In this document: piece by piece, positions 10,635 to 21,559 of the stretch
How positions within the stretch are numbered: position 1 is the first letter of the stretch
How the letters are laid out: the number at the start of each line of letters is the position of its first letter
Assembly (NCBI GenBank): GCA_051599415.1
Contig: AP039700.1
Coordinates: 248,001-312,000, forward strand
Direction of reading: 5' to 3'
Length of the DNA stretch: 64,000 nucleotides
Source of the DNA: Savitreella phatthalungensis
Taxonomy: Eukaryota
The notes under the pieces: model-generated
Databases searched by the model: none
The model's input: only the letters and a program-made list of their open reading frames with translations
What the model was told of the DNA's origin: nothing
Program-made: the position numbers and the translations under genes

Positions 10635-12277
10635 ACTTTGTTTCAGGTTTAGAACGGCGTCCAACTGACCTTCCGCAGCTTCTATACGGATGATCTCTGG
10701 TTAGAGATGAAACACGGATCGTCCGCTCGTTTGGTAGGGACTCAAGTAGCTTAGTCACGAGTCATTGCCGACCACTGACGCTTCCACGCGCCAGTACAGG
10801 AGAAAAGTGTATTAGGCTGAATAAAGCGGCTATCACGGCTTTAGTTGATGACACGATAGACTCTCTATGTTCTTCGTTCGTGTTGTCCCTGATCGATCGT
10901 CGTACTGGTATAGTACCTGGTTTCTTGGTGTGTCTCGATGCTATCAGAGGAACATCATTCTACCTTCATCCAGCGATCGACCCTAAATTTTGTTTTTGTT
11001 GTTGTTTGGCCGTGCTCTGGGATTCGCGCAGCAACGGTTGACTAAAATTGAATTTGAGTAAAGCCTGTCATGTCAAGCTGATGACGACCCAGCATTCTCA
11101 GCTTGGAACCTTGATTCATGATTCAGTCGATTTTCACTCAAGCTACAGACACCCAATTTATCAAACAATTCTTAGCAACGTCATTCGTTCTGCGGAAATT
11201 TAGAATCGCTCACAGACCACGCTTTACAGGCATGCTGTCGACTCTTCCAGGTCACTCACAAATACGTGTCGTAGAGCCTGAGCAACAAATAACAGGGACA
11301 ACGACTCTGTTGCTGTCGAAGTCAGGCCAATGAAGAGACGCTAGTTCGCTAGTTGTGAGCTTGAACGGAGATGGTTGTAAGCATGCTCTGTGCTTTGGTG
11401 ATAAAGTATGTTGAAAGTCCAGTCAGTGATAGATCATGTGTCCTTCCAATCGGATTGCCCACACGATTGAGTCACAGGAAGGATGTAGCAGCACGATGAT
11501 GAATACTTTGTGTGATGTCTCTCGTGTCACTACGCGTGTAAGTTTCTCGTGCTTCGCTTAATGGCACCTGGCATCACGTGGCCAATCAACCTTGTTTGCC
11601 ACGACAGCTTTTTTGCTGTAGACTGACAAGCCATGAGCGTGTAACATCGTGACGCAAGCGGCCAGAACATTTGACTCGTTGTGCGTCGTCAGATTCCAAG
11701 TCTCAACATCGGTCGATCGGTCACTTGTTCGCTCCCGATTGCCCGGGTTCGGAAGCTCTGTTGCATCGGCTGACTGAGACAAAGCTCCAGTCTAACAATG
11801 TTGCGCATATCATACCAGTGCGCAGCCACTTCTGTCCTCTCGCTCAGAGATTCCAGACGAGACATAGCCGGATCGTTCGCTTGAAACATGACCACCAAGG
11901 AGCTTCTAGATCGTACATTTGGCTTCGAACGCTGTAGATCAGGCAAGATCTGGCTGGACAATCAGACCGTGCTTCTGATACACGTCAGGTAGAGTCAAAC
12001 TTTTGACGATGGGTCAGTGCGCGTGTTTGCGACAAAGCGTCCGAGCGTCAGCATGGGAGACAGGCAATTAAGTAGCATTGGTCGCTGAACAAGCATGCGG
12101 ACGTGCGGGCGGGAAAGCAGGCGAGCAAGTAAAAAGTCACCCACTCACTCGTGCCACCATCCGCAATATATAGCTCCGAGCGCATCTTATCTAACCTTTT
12201 CTCCGTCCCGGCACCCACGTCCGATTCTTCCACGGTCATCACAGCGCTCCGATTATCGCTCCCTTTCCACCATACCC

Positions 12278-13213
12278 ATGGTCAACAAACCCGCTGCCGT
12301 CCGTAAATTCCGCTCAGAAGCGAAGGACATGAAAGACTGACTCAATCAGCTATACGAAGAAGACAAGCGGCGAGCTGCAAACCTTCGACTGCAGCGCTTG
12401 ACGCGCCGGAATGCTTTCTCATCTCCTCGGCGAGAAACTCCAGATGCAGACGGCGTCGACGGGATTGAGTGCTCAGACTCGTGCGAGGTGTGTGCGACTG
12501 ATGGTGTGGAGCGGTATCGGGAACGGCTCTTGCAGCTGAGTGATTCGTTGCAGACTGTGTTTGCGTCGCAGCGTGAAGGCTTTCGGCGGCAAGAGACACA
12601 GTTGGACACTGTCGGTGATACGACTGCAGGGCCAGTGTTATATGGCACGATGCTGAATGTCTCATCCTCGCGCATCAGCCGGACGACGACATCCTCCCCT
12701 CCGCAGTACGCGCGCACACTAGCCGCGTCAGAACGCATCTCTCTGGCTGCCTGGCAACACAGTCAGGTCCTCCAGCAGCAAGGTCCACTGAGTGTCTGTG
12801 CCACGCTGTCCTCAGGCCTTCATTTTGACGCACTCCTGTCAGCCAGAGGTAAGCATCCGAACGCCGATCGTCTAGGGCCACATTCTGAAAATGACGACTG
12901 ACCAAGCCGTTCGCGATTAGATACAGGAAGCTACGTGTCGATGCACATGCTCCAACACATGGCACCACAACCGGTCATTCGTGTCTCCACAGAGCTCCAG
13001 GATGGGTCAAACGAGGGTGTCCGACTAGTCCGCTTTCACAATGGCGTCTACACGACGCTCGGTAAAGTTTCCTTTACTCTGATGCTGAAAGACTACCATC
13101 GACAAGGCCAGATGCTGGAGGTGACGGTGGTCGAAGCTGATGTGGTGCAGGACTTGAAGCCTGACCTTTTTATCGGTCGGAATGACTTGGTTGGTGATAT
13201 GTTTCTGCCGTAA
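12278..13213 (+). CDS. Putative spliced orphan gene with a C-terminal retropepsin-like (aspartic protease fold) domain
   Basis: Three in-frame blocks are separated by stops that fall inside intron-like segments. Intron 1 is ~12299 (or 12281)-12349, with an ACTGAC branch and CAG acceptor. Intron 2 is 12849-12920 (GTAAGC...ACTGAC...TAG, 72 nt). The spliced product contains FDALLSARDTGSYVS and DLFIGRNDL. Confidence 0.55.
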
Positions 13214-14167
13214 AGTAGCCGATATCCTATCAACCGCGGCTCTAGTTCACGCCCGACGAGCTTCAGAGCTGACTTACGCAGTTCGACTGGTGCCCCAACA
13301 TTCGAGGAGCTAGGGCGCCAGCAGAAGATTCAATACGTCAAAAGAGATATACATCATGAATCATAGAATGAGTGCTAGCACAATCGCGTGAAACGTAACA
13401 GGGAACCACAGCCATTGCGATAACAGGTCAACGAGGCCCGACATGCCTGGCGCTGTGACGAAAAGTCACATTGTCTTCCAGATCGCAGGCTGGGTAACGC
13501 AAAATGGGCATGTCAGTCACCTGCAACTACGCTTTTTCTAGCATGGATCAACTTGTCAGGTGTCTTGCTCAAGGCCAGGCTGTAAACTCAGGTGCATGCC
13601 GACTACATGTTTCTGTGCTCTCCATTGACCACGGCGAGGACATCTTCCAGAATGAACTAACTGGACTGACATTGTGAAGATGGTTAGACGATAACCTATG
13701 TAGATACAATGATATCACGCCTGGTTTACAGCCGTTTTGCAAATAAACTTCTGTGCGACCGTAGATTGCTTCATTCAGTTAATTAATCCCGATGAACGAG
13801 AAGCGGGCTGAGGAAATTTGTTTGAAAAGGCCGACTGGTACAAAGTCATCGACAATGCTGGAATCACACTTCCATCAGGTTGAAGTATTATTAGAAACAA
13901 CGACCACAAAGCCTATACACGCCTTGGCTCTGCAGGCAGTCCAATCTTCAGCGCCTCCAATATGCACTTCAGGTGGAGATCGGCACGCCGTGCATGAGGA
14001 ATGCAAATGAGGATATGAGTACGGGCATGAGCCTCCATCATGCTGCAACTCGACGGCTGTCTCTGACTGTTGCTCGTACTACCCCAGAAGTCCGAATGTC
14101 CTCCATCATATAAGATGCAAGACCTCCCCAGTCTAACAGCAAGGACCTCATCTACACCCTTTGAACA

Positions 14168-14896
14168 ATGCTTTCCTCCCTTGCACTCCTCTTTGCTGCT
14201 ACAGGCATCGTTGCAGGTCATTATCCTGCATCGACGATCGTCCCTGCACCGACGACGCTCAATACGTCGATGGCAGCGACACCCACAGCTAATGCTTCAA
14301 CACACAGCTCACTCGTTTGCACGGACGGTTCGACTCTCAAGGTGACGTCTGACTGCACGTACCCCACACTCACGTCGACAATTTGTTACAAGGAGCCTAC
14401 GCCCACTGCCTGCCCACCAGGAAAGTACCCGTACAAGGCCTATAATCGGTGCAACTACTTCTGGGCCTGTGCGGATGTGCCAACGACGACATCGACGTGC
14501 ACGAGCAACGGTTTCACCGCATCAACGGGAACCCTCTTCGAAGGCACACTCGCCGGAGCTCCTACACCCACAACGATCTTGCAGGTACGCTGCGTATGTG
14601 ACGAGGGCTACTACTCGTACGCTCCGGGAATATCGACCACGGTTATTAATGGCACGACCTCGTACTCCCAAGCTAGCTACTGTTTGCCGACGCTGACAGC
14701 CGGCCAACAAGACTCCTGCCCGACAGCCCTCACACCATCCCTCTCGAGCTTCACAATCACTGTCTCAAACACCCAAGCGATAGGTCGCACCTTCACCTCT
14801 TGCGTGTATCCGCCCTCACAGACACCAGTCTTCGCGAGTGACGACAAGACTCCCTTCATCTGTGAGCCCACACCACCACCACGCACCACCAATTGA
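14168..14896 (+). CDS. Secreted Thr/Cys-rich protein of unknown function
   Basis: Hydrophobic N-terminus MLSSLALLFAATGIVAG (signal-peptide-like), 13 Cys, high Thr/Ser/Pro content, no TM segment. Confidence 0.8.
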   Translation: MLSSLALLFAATGIVAGHYPASTIVPAPTTLNTSMAATPTANASTHSSLVCTDGSTLKVTSDCTYPTLTSTICYKEPTPTACPPGKYPYKAYNRCNYFWACADVPTTTSTCTSNGFTASTGTLFEGTLAGAPTPTTILQVRCVCDEGYYSYAPGISTTVINGTTSYSQASYCLPTLTAGQQDSCPTALTPSLSSFTITVSNTQAIGRTFTSCVYPPSQTPVFASDDKTPFICEPTPPPRTTN

Positions 14897-15002
14897 AGTA
14901 TGAAGCAAACGTGTGACGCACGCCATTAGAACCACGACACGAGAAATGAGAACGACCGTATGAACCTGTATATCTTACAACCTGCCCCGAACAAGATCTC
15001 TT

Positions 15003-16067
15003 CTATGCATGGAGAACATTTATTTGTGTGCCGATCGACTGTGTGGCGAGCCAGGAGAGTGCTTCTTGATATTCGACGTCAATTTTCCGTGACCTCTCTT
15101 GTGCAACCTGCATTGCTACGTCCTTGAGAAGTTGAGCCTCCTCGAGAATGGCATGAAGTGCGAGTCTGATCTGTTTGATAAGCGTCGTGACCGACCCATC
15201 GGGCAGAATGACCTCGCCATGCCCACCACTTCCTGACCGCCGTCTGACTCCACTACTCCCGGGACTATTTTCGACCGATACGGCTGAGCCGGCTGACAGC
15301 CTGCCATCTTCCAATCTCGCCGCCAACCCATCGGTCGCCGTCATTTGCGCTGCTGCCAACTCACCAATCCTCTCCACCCCTTCTCCCCACCCGATCGAGC
15401 TCTCCTGCCCCACATCGAGCTCCCTATGCCGGGCTGCGAGATCTGCTGCCAGGCGATCGATTCTGGCGAGCCCGGCGTCAAGGACAGCTACATCTGATGG
15501 TGTGAGGCTCTTCAACTCGGTCGCGTCTGCCAAGAACGATGCTGCTCTCAATGCCGCATGCGATGCTGCATGCATCCTCTTCAGCTCGTCCCAGTGCTTA
15601 CCCAGCTTTCTCTCGGCGTCTTCCGAGACCTTACCCAGCTGGACCTCCCCGACCCTCGCACTACCCATCATCTGCAGCGTCTGTACACGCACAATCGTCC
15701 GGTCGATCTCGTTCAGCGCACCGGCCGACGCCGGAGCAGGTCGCTTCGAGGGAGATGATCCAGGCTCTACACGCCGCCGAACGCTCGCTACGCTCACGCG
15801 CGATACATCAGATCGACCTGGCTTACCTACAGCTCCGACATCCGGTGCGGTGGTTGCTGCTGCGCGGCGCACTGGTACCTGCATGTACCGCGACGGTATG
15901 ACCCTTGCGGAGTGTTTTGGGTCTGGCGTGTGATCTGCGGTGGTGTTGGGCGGTGGTGGTGGTGGCTTGGTCGGTGACGATCTCGGTATTCTCGAGATGG
16001 TGGATGATGGAGGGCGCGTCGACCTCGAGCTCGACACGGTCGGCTTTCGAGGCGGCGCGAACGCCAT
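15003..16067 (-). CDS. Coiled-coil protein, probable augmin subunit HAUS8/AUG8-like
   Basis: Basic Ser/Pro/Arg-rich N-terminus containing RVIPSRYMQ (compare the RVIxSRY motif of HAUS8/QWRF proteins), followed by predicted helical/coiled-coil blocks. ATG 16067 chosen as start. Confidence 0.6.
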   Translation of the reverse strand: MAFAPPRKPTVSSSRSTRPPSSTISRIPRSSPTKPPPPPPNTTADHTPDPKHSARVIPSRYMQVPVRRAAATTAPDVGAVGKPGRSDVSRVSVASVRRRVEPGSSPSKRPAPASAGALNEIDRTIVRVQTLQMMGSARVGEVQLGKVSEDAERKLGKHWDELKRMHAASHAALRAASFLADATELKSLTPSDVAVLDAGLARIDRLAADLAARHRELDVGQESSIGWGEGVERIGELAAAQMTATDGLAARLEDGRLSAGSAVSVENSPGSSGVRRRSGSGGHGEVILPDGSVTTLIKQIRLALHAILEEAQLLKDVAMQVAQERSRKIDVEYQEALSWLATQSIGTQINVLHA

Positions 16068-16206
16068 CTCCGACACCCTTGAGTACCACGCCTTCTTGTC
16101 ACTCGACTTGTGTCTTCCACTGTTTTTGTGAACGCACCGCCCGGCTCCACAAAGTACCGACAAACACACGTATATCACGGCTTGCAGTCCGGGGGGAACG
16201 GACATC

Positions 16207-17352
16207 ATGGCGGGCTTAAGGAGTCCGTTTGACATGGACGGTGGGCTGGATCGTCATGATCTGCAAGGCAGCCTGCGTAGACCTGGGTTTCGATCTGCTG
16301 GTGGACCGCCTGAGAGAGGAGGGATCGACGAGGATCAGCTGGTGTCATCGACTGATGACGATGCACTGGCCGCTCGTGCATCTGCCGTGCAGCTTGGATA
16401 CTTGGACGATGCCTTCTTGAGCTGCTTCGTGAAGAGCGTCTGGCGGAAACCGCCGCTGATCAATCGAGGCACCTTTGTGCGGACACTTGCAATCGACGCT
16501 GTGGTTGATGCCTTTTTGAACGCTCCTGACGAGGACAGGGAGGGGAAACCGAAGCAGGTGGTGTCGCTAGGTGCTGGGAGCGATACGCGCGCTTTCAGAC
16601 TGCTCGCTCGGCGCGCAAAGCAACAGAAGGATGGCGTGACATCATCGAGATTTGTCTATCATGAGATCGATTTTCCGCACGTCACACAGCGCAAAGCACT
16701 CACCATCTCCACAAAGCGCGTCCTCAAAGACCTACTTGGTCAGTCGTGTAAGATCGATGGACGCCGTGGTGCGATCGAGAGCGAGTCGTACTACTTGCAT
16801 CCTATCGATTTGCGGTCGACGGATGCGCTGTCAAGTGGCTTCACGGGATTTGATGTTGAGGCGGACACGCTAGTGGTGAGCGAGGTGTGCTTGATATACT
16901 TGGACAAAGGGTCTGCCGATCGATGTGTAGGCTGGGTGTCATCGTTGAAAGGGAGGTCAGCGATGGCGATCTATGAGCCGATCCAGGGTGGTGACGCTTT
17001 CGGACAGATGATGGTGCGTAATCTGGCATCACGCGGACTGGAGCTGAAGACGCTGACAGCGTATCCGGATTGTCCTGCGCAGGTCGAAAGACTTCTGCGG
17101 ATCGGTGGATACGGCGACAGTGGGGGCGCGAAGGCTGTCACGACTCGGCACATCCACGATAAATGGCTCTCACAAGAGGAGAGAGACCGAATTGGGCGGA
17201 TCGAGATGCTGGACGAGGTCGAGGAATGGAACATGCTCGCCGAGCACTATTGTGTTGCTGTCGGCTGGTGCGGCGGGGTTACGCACTTTGCCCAGGCTTT
17301 CGAGGGCCTGTTCGATGGTCGTCCGGAACTATCAGCTCAGGAGACGCCATGA
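16207..17352 (+). CDS. PPM1: Leucine carboxyl methyltransferase 1 (PP2A methyltransferase)
   Basis: Motifs TDDDA, SAVQLGYLDD, PPLINRGTFVRT, QVVSLGAGSDTR, EIDFP, SEVCLIYL, DAFGQMMVRNL and MLDEVEEWNMLAEHYC. Confidence 0.95.
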   Translation: MAGLRSPFDMDGGLDRHDLQGSLRRPGFRSAGGPPERGGIDEDQLVSSTDDDALAARASAVQLGYLDDAFLSCFVKSVWRKPPLINRGTFVRTLAIDAVVDAFLNAPDEDREGKPKQVVSLGAGSDTRAFRLLARRAKQQKDGVTSSRFVYHEIDFPHVTQRKALTISTKRVLKDLLGQSCKIDGRRGAIESESYYLHPIDLRSTDALSSGFTGFDVEADTLVVSEVCLIYLDKGSADRCVGWVSSLKGRSAMAIYEPIQGGDAFGQMMVRNLASRGLELKTLTAYPDCPAQVERLLRIGGYGDSGGAKAVTTRHIHDKWLSQEERDRIGRIEMLDEVEEWNMLAEHYCVAVGWCGGVTHFAQAFEGLFDGRPELSAQETP

Positions 17353-18864
17353 GCCTGGGAAGAGTCCGTCAGCTCGCGCATCCCGCACAATTTGCTTTGC
17401 TTCTGCTTCTGAGAAGCTCAGCCTGAGAGGCGGCGGTTTCATAGCGGGATCAAGAAGCTCAGACTCGATGATTATTTGCTTGAGATGAGCTTCGTTGCGG
17501 GTGCGCTGGAGGGCTGGCACTCGCGCTTCTGCAGCTGCTCGCGTATAGAACTTCTGTGCGTTGGCCAGCAATGTACGACGGGCATTCTGGGCGACATCAC
17601 GCGGTACTGTCGCTCGGAGGAGATCCAAATCACCTCGACTGAGCCACACGCCGGCGCTCGATGGGTCACCCTCGCTCGCGCTTGCCAATAACTTTGCCGC
17701 GTGCTGGCTCAATCCCTCCCAAGCTAGGACAGAAGCAGCATCAGCAAGCTCGGGCTCACCTGCCGCTAGATCGAGCGCTGTTCGGGCAAGTGAAATGAAT
17801 GCATCCGCCAACGCTGCAAGCCGTGTCGTGGACGCGCGTGGTGACTGCGCCTGTAGCTGCCGACTGGATCCCACGAGACTATCGTACCACGTCTTCAGAC
17901 TCGGCAGGGTCGGAGTAGGCAAGGTGGCCAGCCGCTCTAGCTTCGCTAGCTCGTAAGCATCAACGGCGTCCTGAAACTCATCAGCTGCTGCCGTGTCGCC
18001 GTCGTCCTGGACACCTGCGGAGTGCATGTCGTCTGTGATCCTCTCTATCGCGAGAGCCGCGCGTGGCTGAGCCGCCTGGACGACCTGATCGATCTGTGCG
18101 AGTGTGTCGTGTGCGGCGGCTGTATTATCAAGAAGCAGCAATTGCGCCGCTAGCTCTACCTGGGCCGTCAACGTATCGAGCAACTGCGACTCTGTCGCCC
18201 TCACTACCGCCACAACCCCATCCCCACCCACCAACTCCTCACCCTCGCCACTATCCCCACGAGCCAGGTCACTCTCCTGGATCCCAACCACTTCTGCTAG
18301 ATCTCCCCACCCCATCTCTCCCATCCGCCAGCCCGCGTCACCAAGCGCTTCTCGGACGGTATCGGTGGTGATGGAGAAGTCGATGTGGTGGTGCTGGCTT
18401 AGTTCTAGGAGTGCTGCGGCTGCTGCAGCCCTGTTGAATCTTAGGTCAGCGAGATCGAGGGTGTTTGATTGGTTGTGGAGGGTGAGGAGATGGGTGTGGT
18501 GTGTGAGGGCGGTGGCGAGGGCGTGGAGGGCGTCGTAGAGGAACGCCGATGGGAGTGTGCCGACGACGAGGGATAGCCGAGCTCGATTGAACAGGGCGTC
18601 CATCGTATCGTCATCGGTACCACCCGCGTGCAAAGCGTCGGAGTACCCAGCCATCGCCTTCTCGTAGAACCGCACAGCCTTCGCAGGATCTGCAGACACC
18701 CATCGATCGCCGGAATCCTCGTCCGCCAGAGCACTAGCTAGCAGGGAAGGCCCGGATGATTGTGATGCCCGGGACGAAGTTTTGGGATTACGCTTGCCAT
18801 TCCCGCCGCCGCCTTGGAGTGCCGGACGACGTGATTTGTCCTTCCCAGATGGCTCTCGTGGCAT
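17332..18864 (-). CDS. Conserved fungal TPR-like helical protein (UPF0656-like)
   Basis: N-terminal block DEDSGDRW...DPAKAVRFYEKAM...Y...DALFNRARL and C-terminal block VWLSRGDLDL...LLANAQKFY. ATG 18864 chosen as start. Confidence 0.7.
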   Translation of the reverse strand: MPREPSGKDKSRRPALQGGGGNGKRNPKTSSRASQSSGPSLLASALADEDSGDRWVSADPAKAVRFYEKAMAGYSDALHAGGTDDDTMDALFNRARLSLVVGTLPSAFLYDALHALATALTHHTHLLTLHNQSNTLDLADLRFNRAAAAAALLELSQHHHIDFSITTDTVREALGDAGWRMGEMGWGDLAEVVGIQESDLARGDSGEGEELVGGDGVVAVVRATESQLLDTLTAQVELAAQLLLLDNTAAAHDTLAQIDQVVQAAQPRAALAIERITDDMHSAGVQDDGDTAAADEFQDAVDAYELAKLERLATLPTPTLPSLKTWYDSLVGSSRQLQAQSPRASTTRLAALADAFISLARTALDLAAGEPELADAASVLAWEGLSQHAAKLLASASEGDPSSAGVWLSRGDLDLLRATVPRDVAQNARRTLLANAQKFYTRAAAEARVPALQRTRNEAHLKQIIIESELLDPAMKPPPLRLSFSEAEAKQIVRDARADGLFPGSWRLLS

Positions 18865-19381
18865 CGTCTGAGTGAGGCGAGGATGGTAGGCGGTGATTGG
18901 AGCGTCTTGAGAGAGGAAAAGGATGCATCGAGAGATGAATTGTGGAGCCGCGTGACGGCCTGAGACGTCATGCATTGCAGCACAGGTACAGGAGAATCGA
19001 GATACACGATCGATTCTATAGTCTGTAACAGAGGCCACACGCTTGCTTCACGCTTGCTTACACTCCACTCATAAGATAGGGCCTGGCTTTGGTCGCTCGA
19101 TTACATGTTATAAGAAAAAGGCTGTCTGTAGTACAGATGTGTGTAAGAGTTCAACGAGCCCGTTGTGCGCCTCTGTTGCCTGAAAAATGTGATTGGTGAT
19201 TGAGGGGAGATGTGATATTATGTCGTGAGTCGTGCTCTGGCTGGAACCTTCCGGCTTGTCATCCTCTGTCTCTGACTGAGTGAGATGGAGAGCGACAGCT
19301 GGCCCGCGAGCTCCGTCGTATACGTTTAAATAGAATTTTGTTTTGCCTGACAATTTGGGTGGGAGACTTTCGTGAACACCG

Positions 19382-21559
19382 TCAACGTCGTGTGTCCGGT
19401 GTAGGTGTACCTGTGCCACTGCTCGGTTGACCGAATGCTTCGATCATCTTTGCATCATCGGCATGTCCAGCGTCGTGGCCGTCGGCGGTCGTTGTCATTT
19501 TTGTGGAAGCGTCTTCCTCGAGAGACATCGACATAGACTCCGGCAGGAGTTCGAGGTCTTGGTCGTCATCGCCGTCACCATCGCCGTCACCATCGCTCCT
19601 GCTCGATGCACCAGATGATGAGAGAGCCGTGTTGGCGGACGGCACTGCGAGACGATCGACTTCTGTCCCTGGTGTTGAGCGGTTGTTGACGTTGTGGCTG
19701 CTGTTGTTGTTGCTGCTCGATCGACTGGAGTTCATGCTGTCGAGCTCTGGTGGAAGCTCAATCCCGGATTGCTTGATCAAAGCACGCAGCTGAGCAATCT
19801 CATCGTCTTTCGCCCGCAGATGCATCTGCTGATCCATCAATTGCTCATATCCCTTCTTGAGGAGCACAATTTTGGACGCACCGATGTCCGGCTTGTCTGC
19901 GAGCGCAGATCGAAGCTGCTCGAAGCACTCCTTCAAGTGGTCACGCCGCTTCTGCTCTGCAGCTTTGTGGGATGTCCTTCGTGTTTCCAACCCGTGTGTC
20001 ATGCCTGTCGGATAGCTGATGTTGAGCTGGTCGTACGTGCCATCAACGATGTGCTGGTAATTTGACTTAGACGCAAGCATAGCACCTAGCTGCGGCGACA
20101 TTCCACCTGGAAGTAGCGGTCGAAGTTCAGGTGATGCACGAATGCGGGCGTTGCTCCCGTTGCCTCCGCCGCTGCTGCCATTCACATTAGCTGACACAAT
20201 AGTCGGACCAAGTGCTGGGCTCGATGTGACAGACTTGGCCTTTGAATGGCTTGATTTTAGGGAAGGCGTCTTGGAACCGCCGCTTGTCGTACTGACACGT
20301 GGTCGCAGCGGGGCATTCGATGGCGGCGGGAGAGGAACAACAGGAGAGCGCATCACAGCTGCAGGACTGCCCGCTGAAGAGTCCGTATCTGCCTTGGTGT
20401 CACTCGCCACTGGGCGTCCTCCACGAGACTTTATTGGCCTAGCATCATGGAGACTGGTCGCTGGTGAATGAGTGCTGGAAGCTGCGGTGTCGGGTCGCTG
20501 TTGCGTCTGCTGCTGCTGCTGCTGAAGGTGCATCAGCATGGCAGGAGTGATTGGCGCTTGGGCATTACTGCTGTCGAGCGAGATTCCATTGACCTCGCCG
20601 ATCGATGCAGGCGAGATGGCTTCTGAAGGCACTGGCGAGGTTTCCTTCGATGTTGATGTCCACTCAAGCCGACGACTAGCAACGTTGCGGCGATTTGCAG
20701 ACGCTGAGACTGCTGGTGTCGCAGGGCTGCCTTGGCGACTGCTGTTGCGACTGGACGCCGCAGTCTTTTGCTTCTTGGCAACGTGATCATTGACAGGCAT
20801 GGCAAATCGCCCCTGAACAGGACCGGCAGAGCTTGGCTGCGAGGTCGGTGCTATGTGTTGAGGGATGGAAATTGGCGGTGGGGCGATATTCTTTTGTCGC
20901 TGCTGGATATTTGCTGTGTAGGGCATCTGTCTCGGAGTCATCTGAGCGAGCTGTTGCTGACGGTAGAGCTGCTGCTGTTGCAATTGTTGCTGGTTCGCAT
21001 CCATCGTCGCTCCGGGGAGACTGAAGAGCTGCTGATTCATATCCCATTCTCCATCGGTATTGATGCCTGGTCTCATCAGGGTAGAACCCATCGGAGTCAT
21101 GGCCGGCGAAAGCATGGGCGTAAACAGAATCTCGTCGAGTTCTGCAAGGGATGCATCTAGCGGCAAGTGGGGTGTGGATTGCTGTCCCATGTTCGCGCCG
21201 TTGTCCCTGCGGCCATCCATGACTACGTGCTGCTGATGGGCTGTATGGGGGCCAATCGCGAACGGGGACATGAAATTGTTCTGTTGCTGCTGATCTGGGA
21301 TGAACGGGGCTGAATTGACAGGAGTAGGATAAGAAGAGCCATTGGGATGAATGGCGTTGTCGGCAAGGACAGCATGTTTGGTTGCTAGAGAGTTCTTGTG
21401 ATCATGCTGCGCCTGCTGCTGATGCTGTTGCTGATGCGGATCTCCCATCAGTCCTGCCATTTCTGCGCCATCACCAAAGACCTCAAAGTCCGACAAGGGC
21501 CCAAGGGCATCGAGCTGAGCATTGTCGCCCTGGAGGTAAGCTTCGAAAGCTGGATCCAT
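19382..21559 (-). CDS. PHO4: bHLH(-zip) transcription factor, Pho4/NUC-1/PalcA family
   Basis: LASKSNYQHIVDG...YP block preceding the basic region RRTSHKAAEQKRRDHLK (H-E-R residues of CACGTG binders). SPAL/SPEL/SPQL sites and polyQ tracts. ATG 21559. Confidence 0.78.
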   Translation of the reverse strand: MDPAFEAYLQGDNAQLDALGPLSDFEVFGDGAEMAGLMGDPHQQQHQQQAQHDHKNSLATKHAVLADNAIHPNGSSYPTPVNSAPFIPDQQQQNNFMSPFAIGPHTAHQQHVVMDGRRDNGANMGQQSTPHLPLDASLAELDEILFTPMLSPAMTPMGSTLMRPGINTDGEWDMNQQLFSLPGATMDANQQQLQQQQLYRQQQLAQMTPRQMPYTANIQQRQKNIAPPPISIPQHIAPTSQPSSAGPVQGRFAMPVNDHVAKKQKTAASSRNSSRQGSPATPAVSASANRRNVASRRLEWTSTSKETSPVPSEAISPASIGEVNGISLDSSNAQAPITPAMLMHLQQQQQQTQQRPDTAASSTHSPATSLHDARPIKSRGGRPVASDTKADTDSSAGSPAAVMRSPVVPLPPPSNAPLRPRVSTTSGGSKTPSLKSSHSKAKSVTSSPALGPTIVSANVNGSSGGGNGSNARIRASPELRPLLPGGMSPQLGAMLASKSNYQHIVDGTYDQLNISYPTGMTHGLETRRTSHKAAEQKRRDHLKECFEQLRSALADKPDIGASKIVLLKKGYEQLMDQQMHLRAKDDEIAQLRALIKQSGIELPPELDSMNSSRSSSNNNSSHNVNNRSTPGTEVDRLAVPSANTALSSSGASSRSDGDGDGDGDDDQDLELLPESMSMSLEEDASTKMTTTADGHDAGHADDAKMIEAFGQPSSGTGTPTPDTRR

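Noticed and set aside
15175..15933. Long antisense ORFs over real genes (for example 15175-15933, 34755-35501, 52957-53604, 7733-8632)
   Set aside because: Shadow ORFs expected opposite GC-rich coding sequence; no motifs.
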